From the NCBI RefSeq assembly GCF_000143415.4, contig NW_003314297.1, forward strand, positions 620,001 through 684,000: a stretch of 64,000 bases of DNA, read 5' to 3'. The position numbers and the translations under genes were made by a program. The stretch's first letter is position 1, and every line of letters starts with the position of its first letter. This stretch comes from Selaginella moellendorffii. Its lineage: Eukaryota > Plantae > Lycopodiophyta. The notes under the pieces are model-generated. The model was not told the origin of the DNA. It made no database searches and was given only the letters and a program-made list of their open reading frames with translations. Positions 1-10,917 of this stretch are shown here, piece by piece.

Positions 1-787
1 TAATGAAAAACTAAGAAGAAATCACTCCTGTTCCAGGTCAAACAGTCCTTTGCTTAGAATGATCTTGTCACCACAACACAAAAATCACCAACAGTGGCTG
101 ATATTCAGAAATCACTGGACCACATAAGAGCTCCATGTACTCTAATGAACTGCTGAAGTAACGGGTCAGGATGTACGATAGGACAGACGTTGAGCGTCCA
201 TTTGGTTGAGAAGAACTCAAATCTTGTCATCGTTCCCTCTAAGAATTAGTTCATCACTAAAAGCAAAAACATCATATCCGAAGACAGTGGTAGCTGTGTT
301 GCGTGTCTGACAGAACTCCAGGCGTTGACGTCATTCAGTAGCTGCGAAACATGTCCATCATGTTCAACTTCCAAGGGCTTCAGAGATGATAAAAATCGTG
401 GACAGCGCCGGAAATTGTTCCAAGATCCTAAGCTTTAGTAATAAGAAAAGAAACGTAGTACAAACCGAACACGTGTCCTTTAAATATCCTCTTCCTTTTA
501 GTTTTTAATTCAGTGTCGCGTTCTTCGTTTTAGAGAGAGCCAGCATTTTGTGTGTTTATAATTTGCAGAGTGACCGTTTTGGGGTCGGCGCGCGCCCCCT
601 CAGCCCTGGGAGGGAAGCTCAGCTATCGATCGGTCGGCAGGAAATCGGTGAGTGGATCCATGCGATTCTGGTTCTAGGGTCCGAAATCGACTCGTTTCTC
701 TCCAAATAATCTCATGCGCTTATCGGGAGATTTTTTTCCAGGTCGTGACACTTGCATGCTCGCGATTGCCCCAGTCGGACGCTTGCA

Positions 788-1625
788 ATGCAAGACGAGG
801 AGGTAAATTTTGCTGCTCTAGATTCTGGATTGACTGATGGGGGTTTTTCGGGCAGATTTTCGTCAAGGAGCAGCAGCCAAAACTGCTCCAGAATTTGGGG
901 AAGAAAGCGTTTGTCCTGGCGCGATATGCCGCCACCAAAGCTGTCGAGCTTCCCAGGCCTCTGGGTTCGTCCATCGCCTTGGCCGAAAATTTCCTAGAGC
1001 CGATCTTCCATACTGCGGAGACCCAAGGGCTCGATCTTCTCAAATTCCTGGATGATCGAGTAATTTCTTTTGTCTTTTTCGTATGGAAGTTCGATTCATT
1101 GTCTTCCATTTTTTTTCTTCTTTTCAGATCTATGTCGTTGGCGAGGCCATCGAGACATGCCTCCACAGCGCGATCGATGTGATCAACTACCCCAGGAAAA
1201 TCGCGGGTGAGTTTCAGAAACGAGGGATCGTTGGCTCTGCCGCCGACATCTGGGTGGAATACAAGGATCCCGTGACGAACATTGTCCACAAGCTCCCGGG
1301 CTCGGGCTTGGTCTCACCTGTTTTCCATGGACTGGGCGAGGCCCTGGCACTTGACCGGATCTCCAAGTGGCTGGTGGAGCACAGCGAGGTGAGAAACCAT
1401 GATCTCCAGGGAGGGAAGCTCAAAGAAGAATCAGAAGAAGAAGAAGTAGAAGAAGAAGAAGAAGAAAACCACGCGTTTGTGGAAGCAAAGGTTGCGGATC
1501 ACGAGTTTGTGGCGGACAAGATTGTCGAAGATCATGGCCACGACAAGGAGGAAGAAGACAAGGAGGAAGAAGACGATGAACTTACAAAGTTGCTAGATGC
1601 TGGCTGGGGACTAGGAGGTGTCTAG
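788..1625 (+). CDS. REF/SRPP (rubber elongation factor / lipid-droplet-associated protein)-like gene with Glu-rich tail; exons ~788-802, 856-1059, 1128-1625
   Basis: GT-AG introns 803-855 and 1060-1127 join ORFs 895..1182 and 1083..1625 in frame. EPIFHTAETQGLDLLKFLDDRI resembles the REF-family P..LLKFvDrk segment. Confidence 0.6.
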
Positions 1626-1764
1626 TAGGTAAAGTTATATTTTCTAGCTCACCTTTTGTGCATAGTACAAACTTTTAAGGAATATATTTAGAATATTGAG
1701 ATATATTTTAAAATATTCCTTTTAAGCTTTTTTATTTGAAATAAATTTTTATTTATTATTAATA

Positions 1765-3498
1765 TAATATGTGTTCATGGAACAGGGAAATGGAATATAG
1801 AAATGTGCATATTAATTAGCCCAAAAACCCTAATTTATATACAAAAGCGAGTGGTCTAGATTTAAATTAATCCGATGGCTACCAAAATCCCACTATACTA
1901 ATATTAATATATGGCATCATAGTTATACATTTGGACTTCACATCATCCCCTCTTCTTGGAATGATGGAAAACCGTCAGGGTTCTCGTGGATAGGCCAAGA
2001 TTTAAAGGAACATTAAAAAGAGGCATTAGTGGATCTATAGATAGTGTTAGTTGTTTCTGATCCCTTTGTACGAAGCATTTTAACCATTGCACATGCATAA
2101 TTTATAAAGGATTAATTTGTTAAATGTCATATTGAACCTCATAAACTTGCAGTCAAACTTGCTGTAACACCTAATATGGTCCTTTATACTGAGCAAGAAG
2201 CCTTTTAGATAAACCATAAAAACAGATTAACACCAAGTCATCTACTTTGTATTTCGCAAGTGGACGATGATGGAACTTGTAATGCTATTATTTATTCCAT
2301 TTGTACATGAAAAGACGGCAAATAACCATCCCAATCTAAATGCTAAAAGTTCATGTACTTTGCAATCATTTTTTTAAAGGTCCGAGTGAACATTCCACCA
2401 AACTGTTTGAGTATGGATGATAAACACTCAATGAAAGTGTGGCATATCCCTAACTGAGACGTCAAAATATAAAATGGCTTTGCCATAAATGTGGGATCAT
2501 TATAAGAATTTGCTCCAAATAAAAATGTTAGAACATCACTCAATTGAGGAGGAAGAATTTAACAACTGTTATAAATGCCCTAACAAGAGCATCAACTTCC
2601 ACCCAACAAGTCAAGTAGTCAGAAGCAATAATGACATACTTATTGCTAACAGTCGATCGTGGAAAAGACCCTATCAAATTAAATGCCACAAACTCAAATA
2701 AATGGGAAACTGCAATTAACTTTAACTATCCTTTTGTAGCACAAGGGGGAGTATTATGAGCTTGGCACCAAATGTAGCTACATACATACTAGATAACATC
2801 ATGTTGCATCTTCGGCCAATAGAAAGACTTACGCAACTTTTCAGTCATACGGTGATGTATTATATGCCCATCTAAAATAGGAGAATCATAGTAAGTGTGG
2901 AGAGAGCATGGAATAAAGATTGAAGGCACCACCAACTGTAAATGATCATCAAAATCCATCCCCACAAAATAAAGAAGACCGTACTCATGCTTTATTTCGT
3001 TAAAGTGGAACTTTTCATTATCCCACTTATGGTGTGTGGCCACATGCCATTTTTATAACAACAATAAAAAATTGAAGTTTTAGCTTTATAATTTATAAAT
3101 TAAAAACTTTTCATATGATTTTGTGTTATAATATTGTGAAATATAAAAAATAAATTAAAAAACTGATAGAAATATTAATAAATATTAATTAAGTAATAGG
3201 AAATGGCATGTGGACACATGCTAATTAATGTCCCACTTTACTGAATAAGTTCCACTTTAACGAAATAAAGCATACTCAAGGCAATATTAAAAATGTAAAT
3301 GTTGAAATAGCAAGTCATCAACAAGTAATACAAAATTCTCAAACCCATCGTGAAGCCTTTGAATTCATAACTCAATCTTTTAGGCCTCAAGAACCTTGTT
3401 AAGAAAAGGGAAATCTTGTTTTGCACCTTGTGAATACTGAACATCAAGTATAACAATCACTGATAGTATGGAATCCTCATCTAAAAATTTCATAGATG
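1765..3498 (-). mobile_element. Degenerate Ty3/Gypsy pol (integrase) relic, left arm of an inverted pair
   Basis: Minus-strand fragments HTYYDSPILDGH...TEKLRKSFYWPKMQHDV (integrase zinc-binding region) and RTFKKMIAKYMNF*HLDWDGYL (integrase core), with many stops. Confidence 0.75.
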
Positions 3499-4750
3499 TG
3501 TAAGACATAAATCTTTATGCCCCAAAGTGGAGCCAAAAGTGTACCATATAATAATGGTTGAAGCAGAAGTCCAATGAGCATAACATGTTTAAACAAAATG
3601 CTTCAACTTAGAAAGTTAAAAGCAAGAGTGGAACTCCAAACAAACTGCTCAAGGAATGAGCATGAAATAATTGGTGAATGAGTCTTTAAAATTAGACATA
3701 AAAAAAATTGACATATGGCAAGTGTTGTGACATATGGAAGTGTCGGGATCGAGTCTAAAAAAAGTCCGAGATGGAGTATAAGAAGGAGTCTGAGATGTGA
3801 TTGTCTCCTAGACCTTGGGGGGTTTACTGAGCTCCAAAGAATAGTAGAGAAGACTTCAATGGAACTAGTTTGGCCAAGAAAAGCCAGTGTGACCAAAGAA
3901 GGCTATACTTATGTGAGGGGTGATGATATAATCATTAAGGAGTTTAAGGTTAGAGTGAATACAGACAGACAAACAAGGTAACTTAGTGAAGTGTTCAAGA
4001 GCCAACTCTAGCTCCTTTAGGAGATCAAATGGTCGATACTTCTAATCTAAATGTGGGTGGCATTACTTACTTGGATATTTAGTATGGCTTATTAGAATCT
4101 CGCTCTAACCAAATGGCTGAGGCATCCAAAGGTGGAAGGTGGGGAGAGTACCCATGAGACTCACGTAGGGCCATGGTATTTCGAAATATTGTCCCAAGGT
4201 CCCAACGTGAAAAGGAAGAGGAAGAATCCTCTTGTGTAAAAACCAAGGATGCAGTCATGTGATGAGGAAGTCCCAAAGGTAAATAGAACTTAGTGGTTAG
4301 GCCTTTAAAACCAAACCCAGTGGCAATGTTGGCAAATATTGTTAAGGATAGAGAGAGACTTGATAGGGACTAAAAAAAGGATATTGGGGAAGGGTGTTCC
4401 CTATATCTTTAGGCATCTTGAAGATGTTATGGTGTGGTCATAGGATGACCACTCATGGACGGATGGTTTAGTTTTTGGGAGATAAGATTGTGGTGTATAG
4501 TCTTGGATTACCAGTGCGATAAAGGGGAATAGATATAGTCTTAGCATAATAAGCAGATATATGTTTGTTATGGGATCAAACACATGGAGCACTTGGACCA
4601 AGTGATATGGCAAAGTGGTATAAAGGCCATTCATGGGGCTAATAAGTCCCTAAGTCAGGAATAGGACTTATGAAAGTTGTAAGTGAGACACTTTTAAATG
4701 GTTGAAGGTGTGGTTAAGTAATTAAAATAGAATGGAAAATTTAGTCGCTC
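3499..4750. repeat. Dispersed repeat, probably LTR-retroelement derived; inverted copy at ~35290-37224
   Basis: ORF segment MELVWPRKASVTKEGYTYVRGDDIIIKEFKV matches MESVWPRKATVTKEGYTYVLGDDISINESKV at 36444..36782(-). 4400-4740 is the reverse complement of ~35300-35660. Confidence 0.7.
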
Positions 4751-5048
4751 ACAATTTCATTATTAAAGTAAAAAAACTTAGTTGTACTGCTCGGTTGCCC
4801 CTAAAGCTTTACATATATGGTTATTCATCACATAAGGAGTTTTATGGTTGATATTGATGCCCTTTTATAAGTTCTTCTCCCTTCTTTGATCTCTTTTTTT
4901 ATTCCTAACGAGCTCATTGTTCCAATATCTATGGATTTTTTTGAGAAGGATTCTATATCATTAACAATTGTTATTCAGTATTCATAAGGTACGGAGCAAA
5001 ATTTGCCTTCTCTTGACGAGGTTTGTGAGGCTCAAAAGGTTGAGCCGT

Positions 5049-6144
5049 TGTTACGAATGTGACCGGGTATCGAAAGTTACCTATCGGTTAGTCTTTACAG
5101 ACACTCTTACCTTACTGCCACGATGGCAGGAGGTCGGTATTGCTGGACCCTTTATCAATCCCTCTTGTTCAAGTGTTAGTAAACTAAACTTTGCATCTGT
5201 ACTTGGCCGGATGAGCATAAGGAAGGAATTCCTAGTGTTTATTTAGCTGAGCATACTTGGCCCGGCTTGTTAGTTCTCTTTTGCTCTGTCTTGCACTGGC
5301 TTGACAAGAACCCTCGCGTATTGAGATTGGTCCCTCAATATCGCTACATGATAGCTTACTGTATCTGCCAAACACTTTCATTATCATGCCCTTTGTGTTA
5401 GTCTCAATTTGGTCCCAAATACTATTTATGGAAAGTATCCAGATTTGCTTATTTGGCATATGTACGGAATGTAGAGATTGTCTTGAACACAACGGTGTTC
5501 GTTCCATATCCAAATTCGCAATCTAGGGACATTCCATATTTAGTAAGTTTCGAGCTTGTCCCAGAGACTAACTCCTGATACTAAAGGAGGCNNNNNNNNN
5601 NNNNNNNNNNNNNNNNNNNNNNNNNNNNNNNNNNNNNNNNNNNNNNNNNNNNNNNNNNNNNNNNNNNNNNNNNNNNNNNNNNNNNNNNNNNCAGCTAGCA
5701 TGGTGTGGAACTTGGGCTTAGACCCAGGCCGGACGCAGAACAAAGACAGGCATGCAAGTGGGAGCTAGACTATGCCTCAGGTTAGTCGGCTATGCCAGGG
5801 CTCCGTTCTGCGTGCTGGTCTTGGCATTGGGATACAGGTTACTCTAGGATTGTTCCAAGTTGCTCCAGGCTCTTGTCCCTTTGCTCCTTGGGCTTTATGC
5901 TCGGGAGTTGCTCTGTGGTTCGGTTCTATCACTCCTTGGCTACGTGTTTGGAAGTTTGGCACCGTTCCTTCATTCAGTGGCCCAAGGCCCTGAACCTTGG
6001 GTTCCTATGGACACGTGGCATGGACACGTGGTATGTGACATGTGGCATCTGTCACGTGGCACAAAGAGGGTTTAGGTTCCGCTTTGTGGTGTTATCCTAT
6101 GGTAAATCACCATAGGATAAAAGGTCAAAACCACGTGCGCTACA
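5049..6144. mobile_element. Solo LTR (TG...CA) with 5-bp TSD GCCGT; contains an assembly gap
   Basis: gccgt|TGTTACG...GCGCTACA|gccgt. It splits the host repeat (KRLSR | GFEGFVMGL). A second copy lies at 37648-38656. Confidence 0.8.
5592..5691. other. Assembly gap (100 N)
   Basis: Run of n in the sequence. Confidence 1.
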
Positions 6145-9100
6145 GCCGTGGATTTGAAGGTTTTGTGATGGGTTTAAAAATTCTGCATTACTTGCTAATG
6201 GCTTACCATTTTGGCATTTATATTCTCAATATCACCTTAAAGACGACTTTTTTTATTTTATAAGGATGAATCTTAATGATCATTTATGGTTGGGTGGTGC
6301 TTTCAATCTTTATTCCATGCTTTCTCCACGTCTACCATGATTCTCCTATTTTATATGGGTATATAAAACATCATCGTATGATTGAAAAGCTGCATAAGTC
6401 TTTTTATTAGCCAACGATGCAATATGATATTATTCAGTATATATGTAGTTGTATTTGGTGTAAAGTTTGTAATACTCTCCTTTGTGTTGTGGAAGGATAG
6501 TTCAAATCAATTGCAATTTTTTGTTTGTTTTAGTTAGTGGTGTTTGATTTGATAAGTCGATTACTAACAATGAGTATATTATTATTATTTCTAACTATTT
6601 GACTCACTTGGTGGAAGCCAATGCTCTTACTAATGTGTTTGCAACTACTATTGGCTACTTTCTCCTAAATTGTGTGGTGTTCTAGCATTCTTTTCCGAAA
6701 CAAATTCTCTTAGATAATGATTTTATATTTATAATTGAGGTATTTCACATTTTAACATCTTAGTAAGGGACTTTTGCAAGTGTTTATCAGTCTTAAATAA
6801 ATTGTTTGGTGGAATGGCTCATTTGAACTTTCAAAGGATGATCATAAAATACATGAACTTTTAGCATTTGGATTGGGATGGTTATTTGCTATTTCTTTAG
6901 TATGTATATATAATAGGGGTACAAAATTTTATTGGTACTTTACCATATAAACTCTTATATGGTTAAAATCTGATACTGCCAATAGAGTTGAGTTTACTTT
7001 CATAATTGTCGTAAGTTGCCAATACTAGATCTTGGGATCATTATTTGACAAGAATTCTTCCATTTATCTAAGTAAAGCTTCTTGAACACTTAGGCTACAT
7101 ACAAGTGGAATAATAACAATGCTACAACTCCCATCATTGTCCATCCGCAAAATACAAATTGAATGATTTAATGCTAGTCTATTTTCCCAATCTTACAATA
7201 TGTGGTTTATCTAAAGGGATCATTGTTTAGTAGAAAGGACCATATTGGATGTTACGGCAAGTTGGAGATGGTACATAATTTGTTTAAAGGGCTTTTTGTT
7301 CAATGTAAGAGACCATATCATGTATTGCAACAAGTTGAATCACAAGCATGACATTCAATAAATTGATCCTCTAAAAATTATGCATATGTAGCAACTAAAA
7401 CACTTAATACAAAGGGATTAAGAATAACTAGCACCATCTATAAATCCACCTGTGCCTCTTCTTGATATTCCTTTAGATCCCAACTTATCAACTAGAGAAT
7501 TCTAACGGCCTTCCATCATTCCAAGAGCAGGGGATGATATGAGCTCCAAGTGTATAGTTATGATGCCGTATACTAATATTAATATAATGAATTTTGATAG
7601 TCATTGGATTGGTTTCAATTTAGACGATTTACTCTTGTATATAAGCTAGGGATTTTAGGTTAATTAATATGAACATTTCAATATTCTATTTTCATCTTCC
7701 ATGCACTCACAAATATATATTTTACTATGTATTGCCCAACATATGCTGCCCAGCTAGTAAAATATTGTTTTTAATTATTATAATTTTTTATATTAAAAAC
7801 TAAATTGGAATAATATCAAAAAAATAAATATTGTATTCCAATTTGAAAGATATGAAGGGAATTATACTCAGAAAATGCTAGATAAATATAAAAATCAATA
7901 ATTTTATACAAATATTTTACTCTTATAAACTTGATAATATCTAGGCATAAGTACGAATAAATATTCATTAATAAAAAATATTAGATACAATTTTTTTGGA
8001 AATATAAATATTTAGAAAACTACCCAACTCAAAAAAATATAAAATTGGAATTTTTATTATTAATTATATGTTATATGGAAATTATATTTTTACTTAAGAT
8101 AAAATTGTATTAACATTTTATTAAATAAGAGATTAATTACTAAGAATAATTATTACTAGTTTATTTATTAGCAAGACATTACTTAATTATACATTTTTCT
8201 TAGAATATAAAACAATAAATGTGTAGGAACATTAATATATTACTACCCAGATCCATCTACAAAAACAATTATTAATAATATATTTTATATATATATATGT
8301 TATAGAAACTGTAAATTCAAATATTTTATTCCATAGTATTATGTTCAAATAAACTATGTTTGCAGTTAGGAAATATCTAAGTCTACATTTAAAAATATAA
8401 TAAATACTTTTATTATTAAAGTTGTTTATTTTGTTTGTATTAACAATTAGAGCTTTGATCGTCCTACACACTGATAAAAATAAACCAACCCACATTTTGT
8501 ATATCAATCACTTGGTGTTTGATTCCATATGTTTTAGTGATATCTAAACAGGCCATCTTATATAAAATATAATTTTCTTATTATATTTATAAATACTGTT
8601 ATATTAAATTATAAAAGTTAATTTTGACCTAAAATATTCAAATATTATAAGCTTAGGTGTATTTTATTCATAAAGCATTAAAAATAAATTTACTCTCTTG
8701 GGAAACAATTAAACAAAATGCGAATCTCTGCCAATTTTGGATTTTGATCTGGTGATGCCACCAAAGACATACATAATTTATCACCTCATAGTACAACTTG
8801 GATTAACAAGAGCACTGTGCATTGCCACAAGATCTTTTAATACCACACTTCCCATCACCATGGGCATCACAATTAACAAGAAATAGAACCTACTATCAAA
8901 GTCAAGCCAGCACCCAACATGCAATGTCCTTATCTCTGCACCCATGAATTCACCTAATAAAGAAAGTAAAAACCTTACATCCTGATGACCATGTGGATTT
9001 GCCACAATGAGGAGCAGGTAAGCCATGAATGCCCCTCCTCTAGTGCCAGTGGCTGAAAAACTACATGCCAAGCAATTTTTCATTATGATGCCCAACATAA

Positions 9101-9616
9101 ATCCTCTTGGCATTGGGCACAACAATAGGAGTGCCAATCTTTGGGTTTCTGGAGCAATGCAAGCTTCTAGGCCTCAGCAATGCTAGTCAGTGGCCACCTC
9201 CTGTCCTGCTTCCCTTGGAAACTTCGTGGCTGAGGAATTGCAGTAAAAGGAGAGTTTTATCCCTCTTGCAGTGCACAAAGAAACAGGTGTAGCTCACACC
9301 TTTTCCCCCAGCCCAGCCATGCCATGTGCCCATTGGCCAGCCCAAACTTTGCAAAAATATTTCAGGACACATAGTTAAAAACTGATATTTACCAAATTAC
9401 CCCCCATCAGATGGCTTTGATTGGCTGGATTTGGCAGCCAACTCCTCTTTATTATTGTAGATTTTGTAATTATATTTAAAAATTATGTATATTAATATAA
9501 ATATATGGTATTTATCTTCTAGAAAATAATTAAATCTCATTGACATTAATTTTTAAAATCGGTAAAATATTTAATTATTTAGGTTTTACATGTAACCCTA
9601 AGCCTTAGGGTTCTTA

Positions 9617-10891
9617 ATGGCGAGGAAGACGCTGGTGCTAGACGTGTGCGGCACGCTCATGTGTGAGATCAATGCCCGTGTAAGTCCCGAGCTGGTGGGA
9701 TCCGCGATCCGTCTCCAAGGCGACGAGCTCGGGCGATCGATGATCCTCAAGCGACCGCATCTTGGCAAGTTTCTCGAGAGAATGGCAAAGCTTTTTGATG
9801 TGGTGGCCTTCACGTCGCGCGCGCAGCGCCGCGCAGAGACGATTCTGGACGTGCTAGATCCCGCGAAGGAGTTCTTCAGCCGCAGGCTCTACCTGGATTC
9901 GTGCAAGAAGGGGGGCAAAGTGAAAGACTTGGCGGTGCTGGAGCGGCCCCTAAATCGAGTGATCATCGTCGACGACACGAGCTCCAAGTGCGTGCTGAAT
10001 CCGGACAACTTGGTCCTCGTCTCGCGATTCAAGAGGCACAATCTCAGTACTGATCGCGGGCTTTTGGATCTAATTCCATTCCTCGAGGAGCTCTCCAAGG
10101 AAGAAGTAGAGGACGTGCGACCGGTGATCCATGCAAGGTTTGGGAAGAAGGTGATGAATGTGCTCAAGCAGCAAGAGCGAGATAGCGATCATCAGACCGG
10201 CGAAACCAAGATGAAAGGCCACCAGGTGGAGGGAAGTGGCCGGATCAACGCTCTGGGTCGGGCACTGACCAAGATCTTGAGGCACCGAGCTGCGGAGCTC
10301 AACCTGGAGATGCGCAGCGATGGCTTTTGCAAGGTGGCGGACCTCCTCCGGCTGGATTTCACAACGCGGTCCAAGGTTCCACTGAGCGCGCACACTGTGG
10401 AGGAGGTGCTCCAGGCCGTGGAGCAAGACTCCAAGGAGAGGCTCGCGACGATGGTGGACGAGAGTGGCGAGCTTCTGATTCGAGCAAACCAGGGGCACAC
10501 GCTGCTCGATGCCGTTTGTAGCGACGATCTGCTGGAAGAGATCTCCATAGACGATAACTTGCTGGCGGTGTGTGTCCATGGAACTTTCAAGCACGCGTTG
10601 CCGGGCATCTTGCGGGATGGCCTCAAGACGATGGGAAGGAAGCACGTCCACTTTGCGGCTGGCCTGCCCGGAGCCGGAGAAGTCGTGAGCGGAATGCGAG
10701 GCAACTGCGATGCTCTCGTCTTTGTAAACGCTGCTCGAGCTATGGCGGACGGGATGAAGTTCTACGTCTCGAAAAACGGGGTGGTGCTCACGGAAGGCTT
10801 TGAGCAGTGTGTCCCTGCCAAGTACTTCGACAAGATTGTGGAGTGGCCGAGCAATGTCCTCCTCCACGATCGCGAAGAGATCACCGAGTAG
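9617..10891 (+). CDS. Intronless fusion protein: FCP1/SCP (NIF-type) HAD phosphatase-like domain + tRNA 2'-phosphotransferase (Tpt1/KptA)
   Basis: The N-half has KTLVLDVCGTL, KRPHLGKFL, FTS, ILDVLDP, RLYLDSC and VKDL...RVIIVDD. The C-half has ALTKILRH, KERL, IRANQGH, VHGT, GLKTMGRKHVHF, SGMR and SKNGVVLTEG. It is a single 424-aa ORF. Confidence 0.9.
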   Translation: MARKTLVLDVCGTLMCEINARVSPELVGSAIRLQGDELGRSMILKRPHLGKFLERMAKLFDVVAFTSRAQRRAETILDVLDPAKEFFSRRLYLDSCKKGGKVKDLAVLERPLNRVIIVDDTSSKCVLNPDNLVLVSRFKRHNLSTDRGLLDLIPFLEELSKEEVEDVRPVIHARFGKKVMNVLKQQERDSDHQTGETKMKGHQVEGSGRINALGRALTKILRHRAAELNLEMRSDGFCKVADLLRLDFTTRSKVPLSAHTVEEVLQAVEQDSKERLATMVDESGELLIRANQGHTLLDAVCSDDLLEEISIDDNLLAVCVHGTFKHALPGILRDGLKTMGRKHVHFAAGLPGAGEVVSGMRGNCDALVFVNAARAMADGMKFYVSKNGVVLTEGFEQCVPAKYFDKIVEWPSNVLLHDREEITE

Positions 10892-10917
10892 AGCAAGTTC
10901 TCGGTTGCTAAAGAAAA

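Larger units (their letters stand above)
4925..7720 (+). mobile_element. Degenerate Ty3/Gypsy integrase relic, right arm (inverted relative to 1765-3498), interrupted by a solo LTR
   Basis: FKGMIIKYMNF*HLDWDGYL near 6830-6890. 7330-7720 is a diverged reverse complement of 1765-2130. Confidence 0.75.

Noticed and set aside
1-420. Possible box C/D snoRNA cluster (TGATGA/CTGA words; CCCTCTAAGAA complementary to 18S rRNA)
   Set aside because: The guide-like stretch is not followed by a D box on the same strand and there is no terminal stem.
8232-9372. Short ORFs in the AT-rich region upstream of the Tpt1 fusion
   Set aside because: No recognisable motifs or splice-consistent model.
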